Positions 24,481 through 40,283 of a stretch of 64,000 nucleotides of DNA are shown piece by piece. Position numbers and translations under genes: made by a program. Origin of the DNA: Podarcis cretensis (lineage: Eukaryota). A model generated the notes under the pieces. The model ran no database searches and had not been told where the DNA came from. It saw only the letters and a program-made list of their open reading frames with translations. Each line of letters starts with the position of its first letter. The stretch's first letter is position 1. The DNA lies in contig OX638153.1 in the NCBI GenBank assembly GCA_951804945.1, forward strand, positions 49,476,001 to 49,540,000. Direction: 5' to 3'.

Positions 24481-27400
24481 ATCTTCATTATAAAACGCAA
24501 AGCGCTAAAACAAACTAATTGCTTCTGAGTAATCAGGCACAAGGTCGGGTTTGAAATCGATTAAAAAAAAAAAAAAAGGATTTAGGTCAGGCTTCCTAAT
24601 TTCCCCTCCCTGACTTCGATCCTTGGAAATGCCATGTGGCCACGCAGTGCGATCCTATGGCTGTTCGCTTGGAAGGGGCCGGGCTGTGTTCAGTCTGCTG
24701 TTAAGCAATCGCGTGGACTAAGCACAGCTCTGTTCAGATTCGGAGAATCCTCTGGCTATTGCGGGACTGGAGGAAATGTGGCATTTCTCGCCTGCTTTGC
24801 ATGCTTACTGGGAAGTAAACGCCATATAAATTAATGGGACTTCCTGTTGCTTAGGCAGACAATGCCCGGATGAAAGGCAATCTCGTTGGCTTCACGGGAG
24901 CTCACCTCCTGCCTCGCCTAGGACTCAGTTAAGCCGCAGTAATTGGGGTTTTAAGACTAATCCCCCACTTTGAGCGCAGCCCTTGGAAATGCGCCCCCAC
25001 TGATTTCAACTTAGGACTGCAGCTTTTCACCCCGATTCTGAACTCATTTGTGGCATTACATTCCATATGAAATCAATAAGGGTTCACGTCCCAGGAAAAA
25101 AACAACAACAAATCGTTTAGGATCATCGTGCCGATGCATCTCGCTTCAGCTCCGCTGTGGATCGCACTGGGGGAACTGGATTTTGAATTTCAGTGTAAAC
25201 CAGTGACTACAGTGGAGATCTGGCTGCAAGCCTTTACTCCGAAGCAGAGGCTACAGCTATGGCGATCCTCTCTTTTTGCACGCGGTGGCCCCGTCGCGTT
25301 GAGAGCCGGAAGTGTAACTATGGAGACGCGAAGGCGGGGCACGGCCCAGACAAGGAGCCTCTCCCTTTTCCCTCCCCAGGTGCAGGCAGCCCTCGTGTGC
25401 AGAGGTTTACACGCGATCTGGAACCCCAGAAGATCCTGGCGGCGTCACCGCCGTGGATGTATTTTCGCTCAACTCAGGAGAACACCGAGTCTATGCTCCT
25501 CCACTTACTTACTCCAGAGTAGTCATTAGAGCCCATCCTAATGCCTGGGGGATCTGCAACTTATAGGCAGCGCACGTCTGATCTTCCTTATAACCCCAGT
25601 GAACCGTCGGCCCAAAGGCTGCACTTTAAGTCCCCTAGCCTTAAAAAGTGATTTTACTGCCAAATAAGTTCGCTTGTTTACTGTATAGCCTTACATTCCG
25701 ATCCTAAATAAGTTTGCTTGGAAACGAGCCCCGTGGATTCAGCCAGACTGACTTCCATTGTGAGCAGAAATTGAGATCGCCTCACTGGGCAATCCGTGCC
25801 CATTCCCATATGCACGCAGGTCTCTATATACAGCCCTCAAATTTACACCTACTGTCTGGCTTCAGAAAGACGCTGTGCAGCATGTGACCTACTAGCAGAA
25901 AGGACAATATTTTGTGGCGTCCCGTCCCCCCCTCCCCCCGCATCCGTATGTATGTGATCTGCCACTCTGTGGCAGTCAGGTCTGCACGATACTCCTATAC
26001 ATATATGCATTGCAATGTACACTTCTTGTGCAGATGGGAACCCATTCGCCCATACTATCTGCTACAGATGTGTTTTAGAAACACCGCATGTACTCCGACT
26101 CGCTTTGCTCTCACACGTGTACAGTATTCCGTGCACCTATGAATGGTGCGTGTGTGAATGCCGTGTCCCGGTCTCGCCTCTCAAGCTCACGTATTTCCTC
26201 TCCAGGCAGCTCTCTCTTGATACTCGTGTCAACTGCACTTTGCATTACAAACGGTGGGATTGAAAAGGACATTGAGAGTTCTAAGGGCATTTTCCCCCTT
26301 CCCCTCCCTCAAATATTAATCGCATCGGCAGCCATTCGAAATCAAGCAATTAACCAAACCGAGATGGTTGCATTTTTTTAATCTTCACCACCACTTATCT
26401 CATAACCGGTTTTATATAAATTTAACGTCCGTATTTATAAACTCCTGGCTGTAAAACTCTTTTTTCAGCCTGACCTTTAAAACCTCCAGTATGGATATAT
26501 TTTCCTAAGGAGCTGAACCCGGTTTCAGGTTTTAAAGGTGGAGGAGGGGGGAACTATTCAACCTTAATTAAATATAATAAAAGGGGGAAGCTGAAGAGCT
26601 GCGTTAATTAAGTAGGAGGTTCGAATTTTGCCTGCTCTAAATCGACGTGTCTTTTGTACCCAGAGCCTGCCTGCCTCATCATCAAAGGGGCAAGAAGAAC
26701 ATATTTCCCGGTGATGCTTCGGTGACAGCGGCCCGGGTTGCAAGCCATATGGGGAAGTCCTTCAAGTATCCCGGGGAAGGGAGTGGGAAGAAGGGAGAAG
26801 GGAAGCCCCCTACGAATTTGCTTTGGCTCGCCTAAATCTGAATTAAACATAACCAGCTGACCCTGTCAGTCATTTAATTGCAGATCTTATTGATCCCGAA
26901 ATTATCTCCAAAGAGAGAGGGACACACACATACACACGATCCTCGTTGCGGCCAAAGGTAAACATGGTTCGGCTTTTTTTTTTTTTTTTTTAAAGCACTT
27001 TCTGCTCTGATTCGGCCTGAAAATGCCTGATAAAGACGCTGCCCGTAAAGGGAGGGGAGGACGTAAATCCGAAAACGGGACCATTTTAATAAGCTCCTTT
27101 AACCCGCTTCGCTGCCCCTTCAGAAGCCCTTCGCTGCCAGACGCCCCCCACTCTTCCCTCTCCCCACATCTCGGCCGCATTTTCATATTCTTTAAAAAAA
27201 AAAAAAAAAAAAAAAAGCCTCCCATTTAAAATAGCTGAGCGGGGGGATATACAAGGGCGAGTTTAATTCGCTTTTCAGTTTGCTAATTGAAGGGGACGAC
27301 GGTTCATTTCTCCACGCCTGGTCTCCAAAGGGGCGCTCGTTTTGTCGGGGGCTGGAGGCCTGACACCGCCACAATAGACCCCGACCAGCTTCGGAATCAA

Positions 27401-29632
27401 GCGGGACAAAGACCACCTTAAATACGGCCTTTGCCAGTGGAAATCAGGCTGTGACCAGGCCCTTGTTCGGCGAACCTCATCAAAGGGGCGACCCATTTAC
27501 TGGGGGTTTTGTTAGGGGAGACATCTTTAAAACAAAAGGCCCGGCCCTCTTTAAGGCGCCCCCAAAGAAAGGCAGGAAAAGGGGACGGGGGGAGAGAGAG
27601 AATGAGGAGGGGGGGCCGAAAGTGTTACAACTTAATCCGACCAAAGAACGTTACTGTTTACTGGGAACTTTGAACTAAGCTGCGCCTATTTTTCCTTCTT
27701 CTCTGCCTTGCTCCCCCCTCTTCGCTTCCTTGAAATGCAGAGCCCCGGAGAGAACATTCCTTTCGAAATAGCCCCGGCGTCTTGGAACGAGAGAAAAGCG
27801 TTTGGAAAAGGCCATCGAACTTCTGTTAAGGGAGGAGAGCGCAGTAACAAAAGCCTCTGAAAATCGAGATATTTGAAAGGGGGGGGGGGGAGGCCAGAGA
27901 CGGAGCCCCTCAAGCAAACAAACAAACAGAAAAGAAGAACGACGGCATGCATCCTAAACAAAAAACCCGAGCAGCCAAACCAACCATCTGGTTTGAAACG
28001 TACGCACATATATACAGCAAGGCAGCTGGGCAGTCGAACAGATTAATTTGATCTGATCTCTCGCGCGCACACACTGCAAGGTTCACACAATTGATCTTTC
28101 TGCCTGGCACACTCTCCAAGAAACGAGCGCAAGTCTCATCTGGGCGACTGTCAAACAACGCCATTCTTCCCATCGCCGGATCGCTCTCCGCACCAGCTTT
28201 TTGATGTGTTCTCCTCCCCCCCCCTCCCCAAACCTTATCATTCTATTTCACTGGCACAATTTGCTGGAGGGTCAGCGGGACATACGCCGTTGGCAGGGAA
28301 GGGCTTCAAAAAAGAAAAGGGGAGAGACAACGACCAATATTGCCAGCCCCCGGGAAATAAACCGTCCGGTCCGCAGCACAGTTAAAGACAGGGGTTTTAA
28401 AGCGGTTTTGTCGCTCTGATGCAAAATGCAGGGGTTTTTGGGGCGTCCAGTTAACACGCAAAGAACCTTGCGGCTAACACGGTTGTTGGGGCATAAGCTG
28501 TCCTGGACTCAAGCCCGCTTCATCAAATTGAACACGTGAGTGTGTGTAGATATATATTTATCACACATTTTAAATGCCTGCTATTTAACGTCGGGCTGGG
28601 TCAATAGAACGTCACTAGAAAGTATTCGAAATACTTTCGCTCAGAGTCTACTTCTACCGAAATGGAAGCGAAATGTATTCAGGTTGGGACTGTGAAAGGG
28701 TTTCATTATTGTTACTTTGCTGTAAATGGGGGAATGGATTAAACTATATGGAGGGACCGACCATAGCGGAGTTAACTGTATGGAGGAACCTACTTTCAAT
28801 TTCAGAAGTAAACAAGGCGGCGGGCGGGGGGGGGGGAGGGAACTCCCAACTTTCCGCTTGAGGTCTCTCTGCCTATAGTTTGAAATCGTTTAAATCCTAC
28901 ATTCAGGAAAAAAGACACAACGAACAGCACCCATTTCCCAAACCAAGTCTGCTCCTCGAATAACAAAGCAAACGCTCCCTTTGCCCTGCGCAGTTTCACA
29001 AACTATAAAACCAAATCAAACCAAAAATCGATTGGATAGTTCTCAACGATAAACACACATTAAATATTTCAAAACTCCTGATTTTCTTTAATTAAATGGA
29101 GTTCAATTTAGAAATGCAATTTATTTCTCCACCTTCAAATTTGACCCTGGATAATCCCAACGGTATGATCCGGAAGCTATTTAAACCGAACTACCTTGAT
29201 AGAAGATGATAAAAATCTTGTTCATGCTGTTGGGGCGAAATATCCTGTTACTTTGGCTTAAACAGGTAGCCTCTAGATCTACAGTAATAATAATTGACAT
29301 AACATACATTTTTCTAATACAGTAACAATACCAATAATACTCCACTAGCTTTCTGAAACAAAACAAAACAAATCTTTGGAAAAAGATCCAGAATGCTTTT
29401 GTGATGGGGAGGAAAGAAAGATTCGCGGCAGCCAACACACAGGGACAGAGTTTAGAATTCCCACGTTAGCCTACACCTCTGTCTTCTTACTCGTGAACCT
29501 GGCTTCTCCCGCCCCCCGCAGCCCTTGCAAACTCAACCCAGGGCGGTGGGGGTTTGTTCAGAGGCCCAGGCCTTGTCTTTGAGCGCGCGCCGGAGCGGCC
29601 TGCCGGGTAAAGACGCTCCTCCTGCACCTCAC

Positions 29633-29817
29633 CTGAGTTTCTGTGAGACTGAGGCTGTGCGCCAGTTGCTTCCTCTCTGCCCCTACGACGTAGTGATTTT
29701 TCTCAAAAGCGTGCTCCAGTCTCAGTAACTGGGAAGGGGAAAAGGCGGTGCGGATCCGTTTGGGCTTCCTGGCTAGTGCATTGTGCAAGAGGAAACTCTC
29801 CGGGCTGGTTTCATTGC
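29633..29817 (-). CDS. EMX2: EMX2 coding exon 2 (185 nt; homeodomain N-terminal arm, helices 1-2)
   Basis: Poly-T tract plus CAG acceptor (29820-29818). Translates (G)[61 protein letters not shown]. Donor CAG|GTGAGG. Phases fit exons 1 and 3. Confidence 0.98.
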
Positions 29818-32407
29818 CTGGATCGCGAGACAAAAAAAAAAAAAAAAAGACATTCATGAGCCAAGCAAGCCTACTTATTAGCATTTTGCATCTCTAATCG
29901 AAGGTGGAGGGGGGAGGGGAGGGGAGGGGGGAACTTGAAGCGGAAAGTCTTCCCATTATTTTAAACCTTTCTGTCTTTGGCATCTTTGCTTGGAAGTGAT
30001 TTCCCTACTTAACATGTGCTTAAATTCTCACCCAGCAAACTGACTTTTTTTGGGGGGGGGGGGAGGGAAGGAGAGAGGGAGAGAGACAAAAGGTGCAGAC
30101 CCTACAAGATCAGAACGAAACTAACATTCACTCAGAGAATGTCTCCCAGGGAAGAAAGCGACGGAGAGGAAGAGCCAATTGGTCTGCTTCATATATCCTT
30201 TAAAAAAACAAAAACTCTGGGTATTTGAAGGAACACGTGGGGGGGGAGGTTAGGTGTGCAAGGGGGAGGGGGGACAGCTGACTTCCGATTAAGGGGGAAA
30301 GAGCCCCCTCAATACAAGAAAGCAACTAATTATTTCACAAGGAAATTAATCTCGCCAACATTCAGCGAGCTAAAGAGCAGAATTCGCAACCATCTTCTAG
30401 GAAACCCCAATTTCGAAAAATGGCACCCCCCTCTCTTCCTTCAAGGAGTTTCCTACCATCCTATTCTGACACCGCCTTTTACATGCAGGTAGTTACTTAA
30501 AAATAAAATAAAAATCCGCACAAGAACCATCTTTTCGAAGACCTGCACCAGGTATAAAGTCGCCACCCTCGACCGCCTTGAAAACTTCCAGCAGGAAGAG
30601 CTGCTTTGGCGAACATCTGACAAAGCAAAAAGAACCAGACTCATCCTTTTAAATGGGGATGGGGGCTGAAAATGGGAGAAGAGGAGGGCGGGGGCTCTCT
30701 TTCCAGTGCCCACAGAGCCGCCGCGTTTGTCATCTGTCAATTGCTGGAATAGTTTCCTCGCCAGGCTTTTTGCAGATACACCCGCCATCCCCACAATCGC
30801 TCTACCTATGTTTGCGCCTCGGTCATTTCATCCGACGCGGGGCCACAATAACAAGGCAGGCAAATCCCTCCTTTGCGATGGAGCCTCCTCCAGAAAGCTG
30901 CTCACGACAGCGGGGGAAATGACTGGGTGAACGAAACCCCTCATTTCCCACCGAGAGGTTATAACGATAATACTAATAACCCTAATCGACTCTCTCCCTC
31001 CCTTCCCTCCCCCTCTCCGTCCCCTATCTTGGAAACCATTCCATTTCAAAAGAGGTGTTCGCATGGATTCCCAACCCCTTTGGTTACTCCTTATTGCACT
31101 TTGTAAAATTAATTGATTTTGGGGGGAACTTAGCAAGGAAGTTAATAAGACTAGTGGGATACAAACAAACGCGGTTTCTGGGTCTCCAGAAGCTCCAGGT
31201 CTTAGCAGGACAAATACCCCACAGTTAAAAGGCAGATAGGAGGGTCTCCTTTGACTGAGTGAGGGCCACACTTCCTTATCACCCTTCAAACTCGTTTTTA
31301 TAACGTTTTGGCTTTCTTTCTCTCTGCTGAATTGGGGGGGGGGGCACACGAAAGCAATATTCTAGCCCTGCCCGTTTGTGCTCTCTCTCTTGTTAGTTTG
31401 CGCGTGTAAACCATGGAAAAGTGAAAGGAAGAAAGTTGTTTCTGTACGAAATCCTTTTCCAACTCTTTCCTTGTTTTCGTTATTCTTTTTTTCTGGAAGA
31501 TGGTCGGGGTGGGCTTATGGGAGATGCAAAAAAAAATATTGGGGAAATATTCCAGCGCGATCCCTTTTAAAACAAAAACCACTGAGAATTTAGGAGTCAT
31601 TGACTTCAAACTGAGCGTTCTTCCCCAGTAAAGTTTCACTGGAGCGTGAATGAGATGGCAGCTGCGGAAGTGCCTTGGAATGGCTATGGTTTTGTTCCCA
31701 AGAAATAAAAGGGGAGCCCGTTTTTCTTTTTAAAAAATTAAACCATCATTAACTCTGCAATTTAGCCTTGTTTTGGGCTATCTTGGGAGCCTCTCAAAGA
31801 AAGCTCTTTGACTTGACTCCACATTTCTCTGCTGAAGTTGACTTTGGTTGGGAGGTTAAAAGGATAAATTTACCTGCGAGGTTTTTCTTTAAATCATTTT
31901 AAAGTCATAGAAAGAATCGTTTCTGCCCCGCCCACTCCTGCCTTTAGTATTATCAACCCGCTTTGCCCCCACTGTCTCTCTACCTGCCTTTCAGCTCTTA
32001 TTTTTCTCGCAAGACCTTCGGTTGCTAATTCACTGGAGGGGGGTTGTCCTCTTGAACTCACTCTTTAGGGAAGATCTGGTTTTTTAAAAAAGTTTCAAGG
32101 AAAGGGCTGCTGAGAGCGACTCATTCCTGAAGCCCCTCGTTCCATAACGATCCTCCTGAAGGGGATCAGGGAGACTGCGGAGGGAATCCATTAGACCAAA
32201 CTGAGGGAGGGTTACACTGTCTTCCCCTTGATCCCAACCCTTCCTATTCTGCAGCGACAATAGCTCAAGTTAACAACATTCTAAAAAGGAGCACAAACTC
32301 GAATTCGCTTCCTCTGCAAATAGTCGCCTTTGCAACGGAACTAAGAGGTTCAGAATTTCTGCCCCCTCCCCCAGCCCCACACAGACACCCCTCCACGCCC
32401 ATCCTCA

Positions 32408-33600
<1,193 letters not shown>

Positions 33601-33915
33601 AGGGGGAGACTCTTTAAAGTGCGTCAGAGGGGAGAGGCGAACTTGTGGCCGGCGCGATCCTGGAGGGATGGATCCGGGCCCGGACTGGAATGGACTCCAC
33701 CGCTCTGTGCCGGGCGAGAACGGGAAGGAAAGGGGGGGGGGTGAAAGTCACGAGAGAGAAGAGAGAGAGGGGGAAAGTGAGAGAGAGAGAGACGCAGCAG
33801 ACGTAGCAGACGCAGCCTGCCAGAGGTCCCACCCGTGTGAGGGGAGTCGAAATCTCTCCAGGATGCAGGTAGGAGCGTGGGAGGTTTCACAACTTTGACG
33901 GGGGGGGGGAGCGAG

Positions 33916-33953
33916 GGAGGAGGAGGAGGAGGAAGAAGAAGAAGAAGAAGAAG
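33916..33953. repeat. (GGA)n(GAA)n polypurine triplet repeat upstream of EMX2
   Basis: Read directly. Confidence 0.9.
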
Positions 33954-35145
33954 ACGGCTCTTCCTTGGGGTTCAACACCGAGCGAGCTCGCCTGAGCTGG
34001 CGAGGAAATCTGGCTTTCCCCAAACAGCCCAACTGAAGAATTGTGGCGAGGATTTTCTCTCGGTGCTGGAAGTGGTGGCAAATGTCTACCGCCTGCTCTC
34101 CTCTCCTTCTCCCAGCGCCTTTCGAGTCCGCCCTCTCTGTCGGTTCTCTTTGGGTGCCCCGAGCTGATCTTCAGCCCTGGGGTGGCTCGCTTCCCCCTTT
34201 CCTCAGGACCGCCCTACAGAGCAGGAAGCCGTCGACTTACTGGAGCTGTTTTCGCCCAGGAAACCTCCAGGAGTTTTCTGCGCCCAGACAAACGCGAAAC
34301 CCCAAACACCTTTTTGGCGGGGGAGGGGAGCGGGGGTGTGGCTCGCCGCCTTCTGCTGATCTCCAGGGCAGCATGATGACGAGGGAGGAGGGTAGGTGTT
34401 GCAGACAAAGCTGGGACTCCGGCAGAGGGACGGGCGGCGAATCCGGCCTTGTCCGCATTTTGGAGATTACCGCGGCGTTTGGGGACGATTTTTAGGGCCG
34501 AGTCCTCCAGCTCCCATTGGCTGCTGCGGTCGAATAATTATTATCACAACCTAGTACTGCTGGCTGCTGCTTACTGTTTATTGGTAGTTAAGGATCTATT
34601 ATCTATTCATCAACCTCCTATTTTTACCAATTACACTCTTCTAAAGTGAAGTACCAGCAGGTATTTTTCACGTTCTCAATTAATGATTAAAAAAAAATCT
34701 GGCGTATTTTAAATCTATTACGCTGCGGTGTGATTTATTTCGAAAGATGCAGAGGATGCACGGTGGAGTCTACATGGAAATCGGGAGGGGAAAGCTTGTT
34801 TCCAAAAGCTTTTAAGTTTTCCCTTTCATGGTTTCTCCAGCATCCCTTTAATATTATTAATAAAAGCTATGTGATGGAATCCTTTTTTATTTTTAAAAAC
34901 CCTGATTATCACATTCATTTAAATATAAGTCGAAATATATCCTGCCTTTTCCGTTGTAACTTGTAGGAACACACACACACACAAAATTATATTTTAATCA
35001 CATTGTCCGGGTAGCAACAAAAAACAAGAACAAAAAACCCAGACTTTGTGTCGCTAGAGCAATTAGATGAGGACTCTCTCCTTCACTTGGAGTTACTAAG
35101 AACTCAGGGGGTGAATTCATATACTTTCCCCGTATTTTGTGTACA

Positions 35146-35147
<2 letters not shown>

Positions 35148-35190
<43 letters not shown>

Positions 35191-35203
35191 ACACACACAC
35201 ACA
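35148..35203. repeat. (TC)n(AC)n compound microsatellite
   Basis: Read directly. Confidence 0.95.
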
Positions 35204-38200
35204 CTTGAGACAGTACAAAGTGCGTTGCTTTTATGCTTACGACCAGATGCCATACAAGCTAGAAATAAATTGGGTATAAATATAAACTCGTAGATGGAGC
35301 TTGCATATGGCTAAAATTATTATTAGGCCCTATTAATTATGCAAAAATCCCACCTATTTCTCTCTGCAGCCCATGTGGGTGGAAGTGTGTGGACAGATTA
35401 GGAACGCTGGCAGCTGTATGCAACCAAGAAGACAGGAGTGTGTGTGTGTGTGTTTTCTTTAATCTGCCTTTATTCCCTGCAATACTCATCCTGCAATACA
35501 ATACAACATTCTGGCTACTAAACTATAAAGTGGTCATTTATTTATTGTGCCTTTAATTGGTTTTTTTAAAAAATCTAAACGGGCAGCGTAAAGACAATGG
35601 ACAACTCTTTTCAAAGCCGCCTTGCCTTGCCTTCACCCACCGACCCATTTGAAGTTTTTTTTTTTCAATTAAAAAAAAAATCCCGCTTGTCTTTTAAAGG
35701 ATTAGCTCTCGTCGTAAAGCGACCAATTTCGACTCCTTCCTTCACGCCCAAATGTTATGGAAAGTGAATTTTAAAAGTCCAGCAAAGCGGGGCGCGGGGG
35801 AGGTGAGATGGGTTACAGGCAATCTCAAGAGAAAATTGGACGTTAAAATGTCATATATCCCAATCCACAACTCAGGTCATCCTGCGTATATGTCTGGACT
35901 GAAACTCAAGTGACTTTGGTGGGATCCGCAGCAAGTAATTCACCATATTTACACTCTGACATCACGGAAGTGGGAATGAGCTCATTAATTGGGAAGGGGG
36001 TGGGGAATTGTGTGTTTCTTAAATCCTTTGGGTAAGGGCGCCCATCTGCGATCCTCAGTGCACTATTATGAAAGGGCGTTTCGCTGAAATAAGGGGAATT
36101 TACAAATGCAAAGAGATTGGCGGGCCCCAGATCTCACCACGATTTACCCGGATGTGTGTGTGTGTTTTAATGCCATCAACGGGATGGCGGGGCCAGGAAT
36201 GCCAGATAAATATACTTCGGATGACCCAGGTGCCAAGTTAGAACCTTAGTCCTGCTATTGCCTGAAATGTTCAAAAGGGATCGTATAGTAGTGGCGAGGA
36301 AAATCTAGCCCGGGGCTAAAGGAAGAAAGGCAACCAGCTTAGAAAAAAGAACCCTCCCAAAACAAGCATAGCCCATAGAAAGAAATCTGACTATTTAAAT
36401 AGCTCCAGCCAGGAGATTTCAGCCTGCCTGTTTTGAATACGAGAGATGCCTTCAAACGAGTTCCTTAAAAGTTGCTTCTCAGCGCAGGTATAGAGAGATC
36501 CCTGTTGTGAATGAATGGCCGGTCTGAGTGGAAGCCTTTGGTCTTCCCAAAGCCTCCTAGGTCGCCTGGCGCGCGGCTGAAAAGTCCCTGAATCGTGGCT
36601 CTTTATAGATACCCTCTTTGAGCTGGCTTTGCCGCGGGATTCTATCTAAAGGGGGTATTGCGTCCTCTAACAAGATCCGAAGCAGGAAGTCTCGATCCAG
36701 CTCACCCCACCCCCCGTTTTTAAACCAACGGCGAGTGGAAAAGGGAGACCGAACTCGGACGTGGGGAGGGAAGGCCACCATCTCCCTCGCTGTTTCCCGA
36801 CGTCGCGGCGGCCAGACGGTGCCCTCAACCCGCTTCACCGCGCGAGTTTTTCTCGGGCAGAGTTAGGGTTTGGAAAACGCGTCGCTCGCCGCCTTAGGAA
36901 ACTCTTGCCAGGACATTTCTTCGTGGAAGTTAATAATCTCAGCCCGACATCTCTCTCCTAGGCCGGTGCCTGGCGCGCCCTTTGCTGGAGGCACTGGCAA
37001 AAAATTACCATGCAGAATCTGAACTCTGGATTCCAGAAAGGAAAGAGGATCTTTTGCGAGAGGGTTGGCATATTTGTGACAACAACGAGGAGCGGGGGAA
37101 GTTGAGCCAGAAAAGGCGAGGGGGAAATAGCGCGCTCACTTGACCCTGCTGCCTGTGGGGTTAGAAATTATTTCCCAAAGCCCAACCTTTGCCCTAGTGT
37201 TGGCGTTTCTGGCTACCGCCCCGTCTTTTCTGAGACTTCTGGGACCCCCTCCAAGATGAGATCCCTTTTAGCTCCAGATCTGAGTCTTTCCACTTTCACC
37301 CCACAACCCCAGTGATCTTTCTTCTCATCGCACAGTTGTCCACTTCTTTTTAGTCTAATTATAATTATAATATATTATAATTATAATTCGACCAGCCTGA
37401 CGAAATAACCTAGAGCCGTCGAGGTCGCTCAGACGTTGCCCAGGCCCAGGCGCCCTTGACTGGATCAGGATTGCGCCCACAATAAAATGCTGAGCAGGGC
37501 CGGGGTGGCGGCTGAGGTGGGGTGGTGGTGGTGGTGGTTCTGGTTGGCTGGGAACTGGAGGGATAATTACGTGGCTTAAATGCACAAGGCAGCTCCTAAA
37601 TCTCCGCAAATAGATTTAGGCGTGCTGCGAGCCCCCTTTTAAAAGCGTCTTTAGCGCCATAAGCCGGAGCGATTGCGATGGCCCGGGCCTTGCCCTTCTG
37701 CCGTTCCTCGGCTGGCGCAGGCAGATCAGACGGGAGCCGAGGTCGGGCCGGGCCGGCGGGATAAAAGAGGCGAGCGACTGGAAGCCGGACACCAGGCTCG
37801 TGGGCAGCGGGTCAGGCCAGGCGGCCCCCGCCCGAGGCTCGCAAGCTGCTTTGCGCAGCGCGCAGGTGGATTAGCTGTCCGAGGTGAGAGCGAGTCCTCC
37901 AACCAAAGTGAATTGCAATTACCCACCTTCCTCTGTTCCCAAACCTCAACAGGCACAGAGGGATCCAAGAAGCCTGGGATCCTCTCGGGGCCGGATCCCC
38001 AGAAGAATCCCCCTGCCTCCTTGAACAGAATGGAGCGTCCCCACCCCATTTTTCATTGAGCCTCTTTAGGATGGGTTGTAACGGCTTATTTCTCCTGGTA
38101 CTGCCCTTCTCTCTGGGTTTGCTGGGGGAAGATGCGCGGGATTGGGGGGGTTGTGCGTGAGAGCAGTAATCGATTTACTAGTTGCCCATCTCTCTGCAAA

Positions 38201-39897
38201 CTTCCCAAGTTGCTCCCCTCTCTTCCAGATCCAAGGTAACAATCACAAATCTCTTCCCATCCCCTAAGAACCACACGACGTCAAGAATTAGAATTGGGTA
38301 ACTGGGCAATTAATCTTCAAAATTAATGCTAACAGAATTAAAAGTCTGGATGGTCTATTTGGAACAGGGAAATCCCTTTTCAGCCCACCCCCAAATATAT
38401 AGCACACACACCAGTTTAGAAAGGGAGATACACCCCACACACCGACTCTCCCAATAACAGCGAGCAGAGCAGGGGGAAAGCGATATCAACTTGCCAGCCT
38501 GGGGGAGAGTCTTCTGACTTGCAGACCATCTGGGGATGTGTTTGGGTGGCTCAGCAGAGAGATTGAAAGGTCTGCCCTGTGCTAATTTTGGGCTATCTCG
38601 GAGGTCTAGTTTTGGTACAGCCTGCAGGATAGGACCCAGGCTCTGTAATGTCGCAGTGGGCGCTTAAAGCGGAGTAATGGTGTTTACGCGTCAGATGGGT
38701 TCCCATGAAACTGTGAGTCATAAAGTGGTTCGTGATGTCCAAATAGAATCATCTGAGCGAACCACCAGAGGCTGATCCCCCTGTAGCCCAACTGTGAATG
38801 AAGAACATTAAAACCAAAAGCAGAGAAACAGGAGGAACAGACTAGTAAACATATGTAGGTGGGAGGGCGGTCATTCCCGGATGTTTTGGAGTTGTATTCC
38901 TGGATCCCAATACTGGACTGAAATCGTTGTTCCTTTTGGCTTTAGTGGACCAAATTCTGTCAGATACAAATCTTCCTGCCTATTATGTTTATGAACTGTT
39001 GGTTTCCTGTCCAGAGCGCATTTCGTTGGAAGAGGCCGCCTCCAGTTAGGGTGGAATTTACCTCGAAGTAATTGCGTGTGTACAGGGTTGCAGTCCTGGC
39101 GTGGTTGAACCCTCTTGGTCTTGCTTAATCCAGCAGCAACGGCACCAGTCAAACAGTATCAAAATATATACCAGATCTCGGGCATATATGTGCAGGATGA
39201 AGGGTTGAAAAGAAAAGAAAAGATGTGAGGGTCTTGATTAATTCGCATTAACGGCCTTATTTTACATATCGCATCAGATTACTGATATGAAGCAGAAATT
39301 AAATGATAATAGAAAATCGAGCGAGCCAAGCCGGAAACTTTTAAGGATTTAATTAGCAATTTTGAAACCCTTAATCGGATTGGAGCTCCAGCCATCGAGC
39401 ATAATTTGGCGGCACTCTGCCCAGCACATTTTGTGTGTTTAAAACTATTTTCCGAATTCGAGTTCTCTCCCTCTCTTTCTTCTTTTTCATTGTATCATTT
39501 ACTCAGAGAGAAGCAAAATGTGGTTCAAATCATGTTAAGGATAGATGCAACTTTCCAAGAAACATCTCTCTCTAATTTTGTATGGAAATTGTTTATTCGC
39601 ATTATTTTGAAAGTGCGTGGCCTAAATATTAATATAAACAAGTTCTAACAGGCCAGAGAAAATGCCAATTTTGTTAGAAAACAAATTATTACATTAAGAA
39701 TAATTTTTAAAATAATTTCTATGCCTTTCCTAATTCAGATGCTTTTGCAAATTAACTTGGGCTTTAAGCTATTTCCACAATGTGTGCTCATTACCAAATG
39801 TTTTATTTTTAAGAGTCTGGTGTTCAGTAAAGACGTTTTTGAAAAAGTATTCTCTAACCAATACTTCTTTCATCCCTTAACAAAATATATGTGCATG

Positions 39898-39916
39898 TAG
39901 CGCCGCCTAGTGGATG
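39898..39916 (-). promoter_or_regulatory. CTCF-like motif
   Basis: Minus strand reads CATCCACTAGGCGGCGCTA, close to CCASYAGRKGGCRS, within AT-rich sequence. Confidence 0.55.
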
Positions 39917-40283
39917 ACGTCTGGAACACTCGAACACAGAGATCTTCTATCGCAGAAGAAGAGATCTTTTTCTACACACACATACACGTTTCTTGTAATT
40001 TACCCGTTCATCATTAACACTGCTATAAATGCCTGGTGTTTTACACTTTCGAGATGTTATTATATCCAAGGCGTGATATAATAATTTTGCTATTTTTAAA
40101 AATCATACTCATAAGAAAATTATAAACTTATGTTTACACGGGAAGTGTCTTTAAAGACACACACACCTGGCTCATCTACTGTACCTTTTTATGCGCTTTA
40201 GTACCCCATCCTAAAGAGCACTTGTGACTAATTTGCAATGGAATGGGGACTAATTTGCACCCGATAAAGTTGACAATGGGTCA

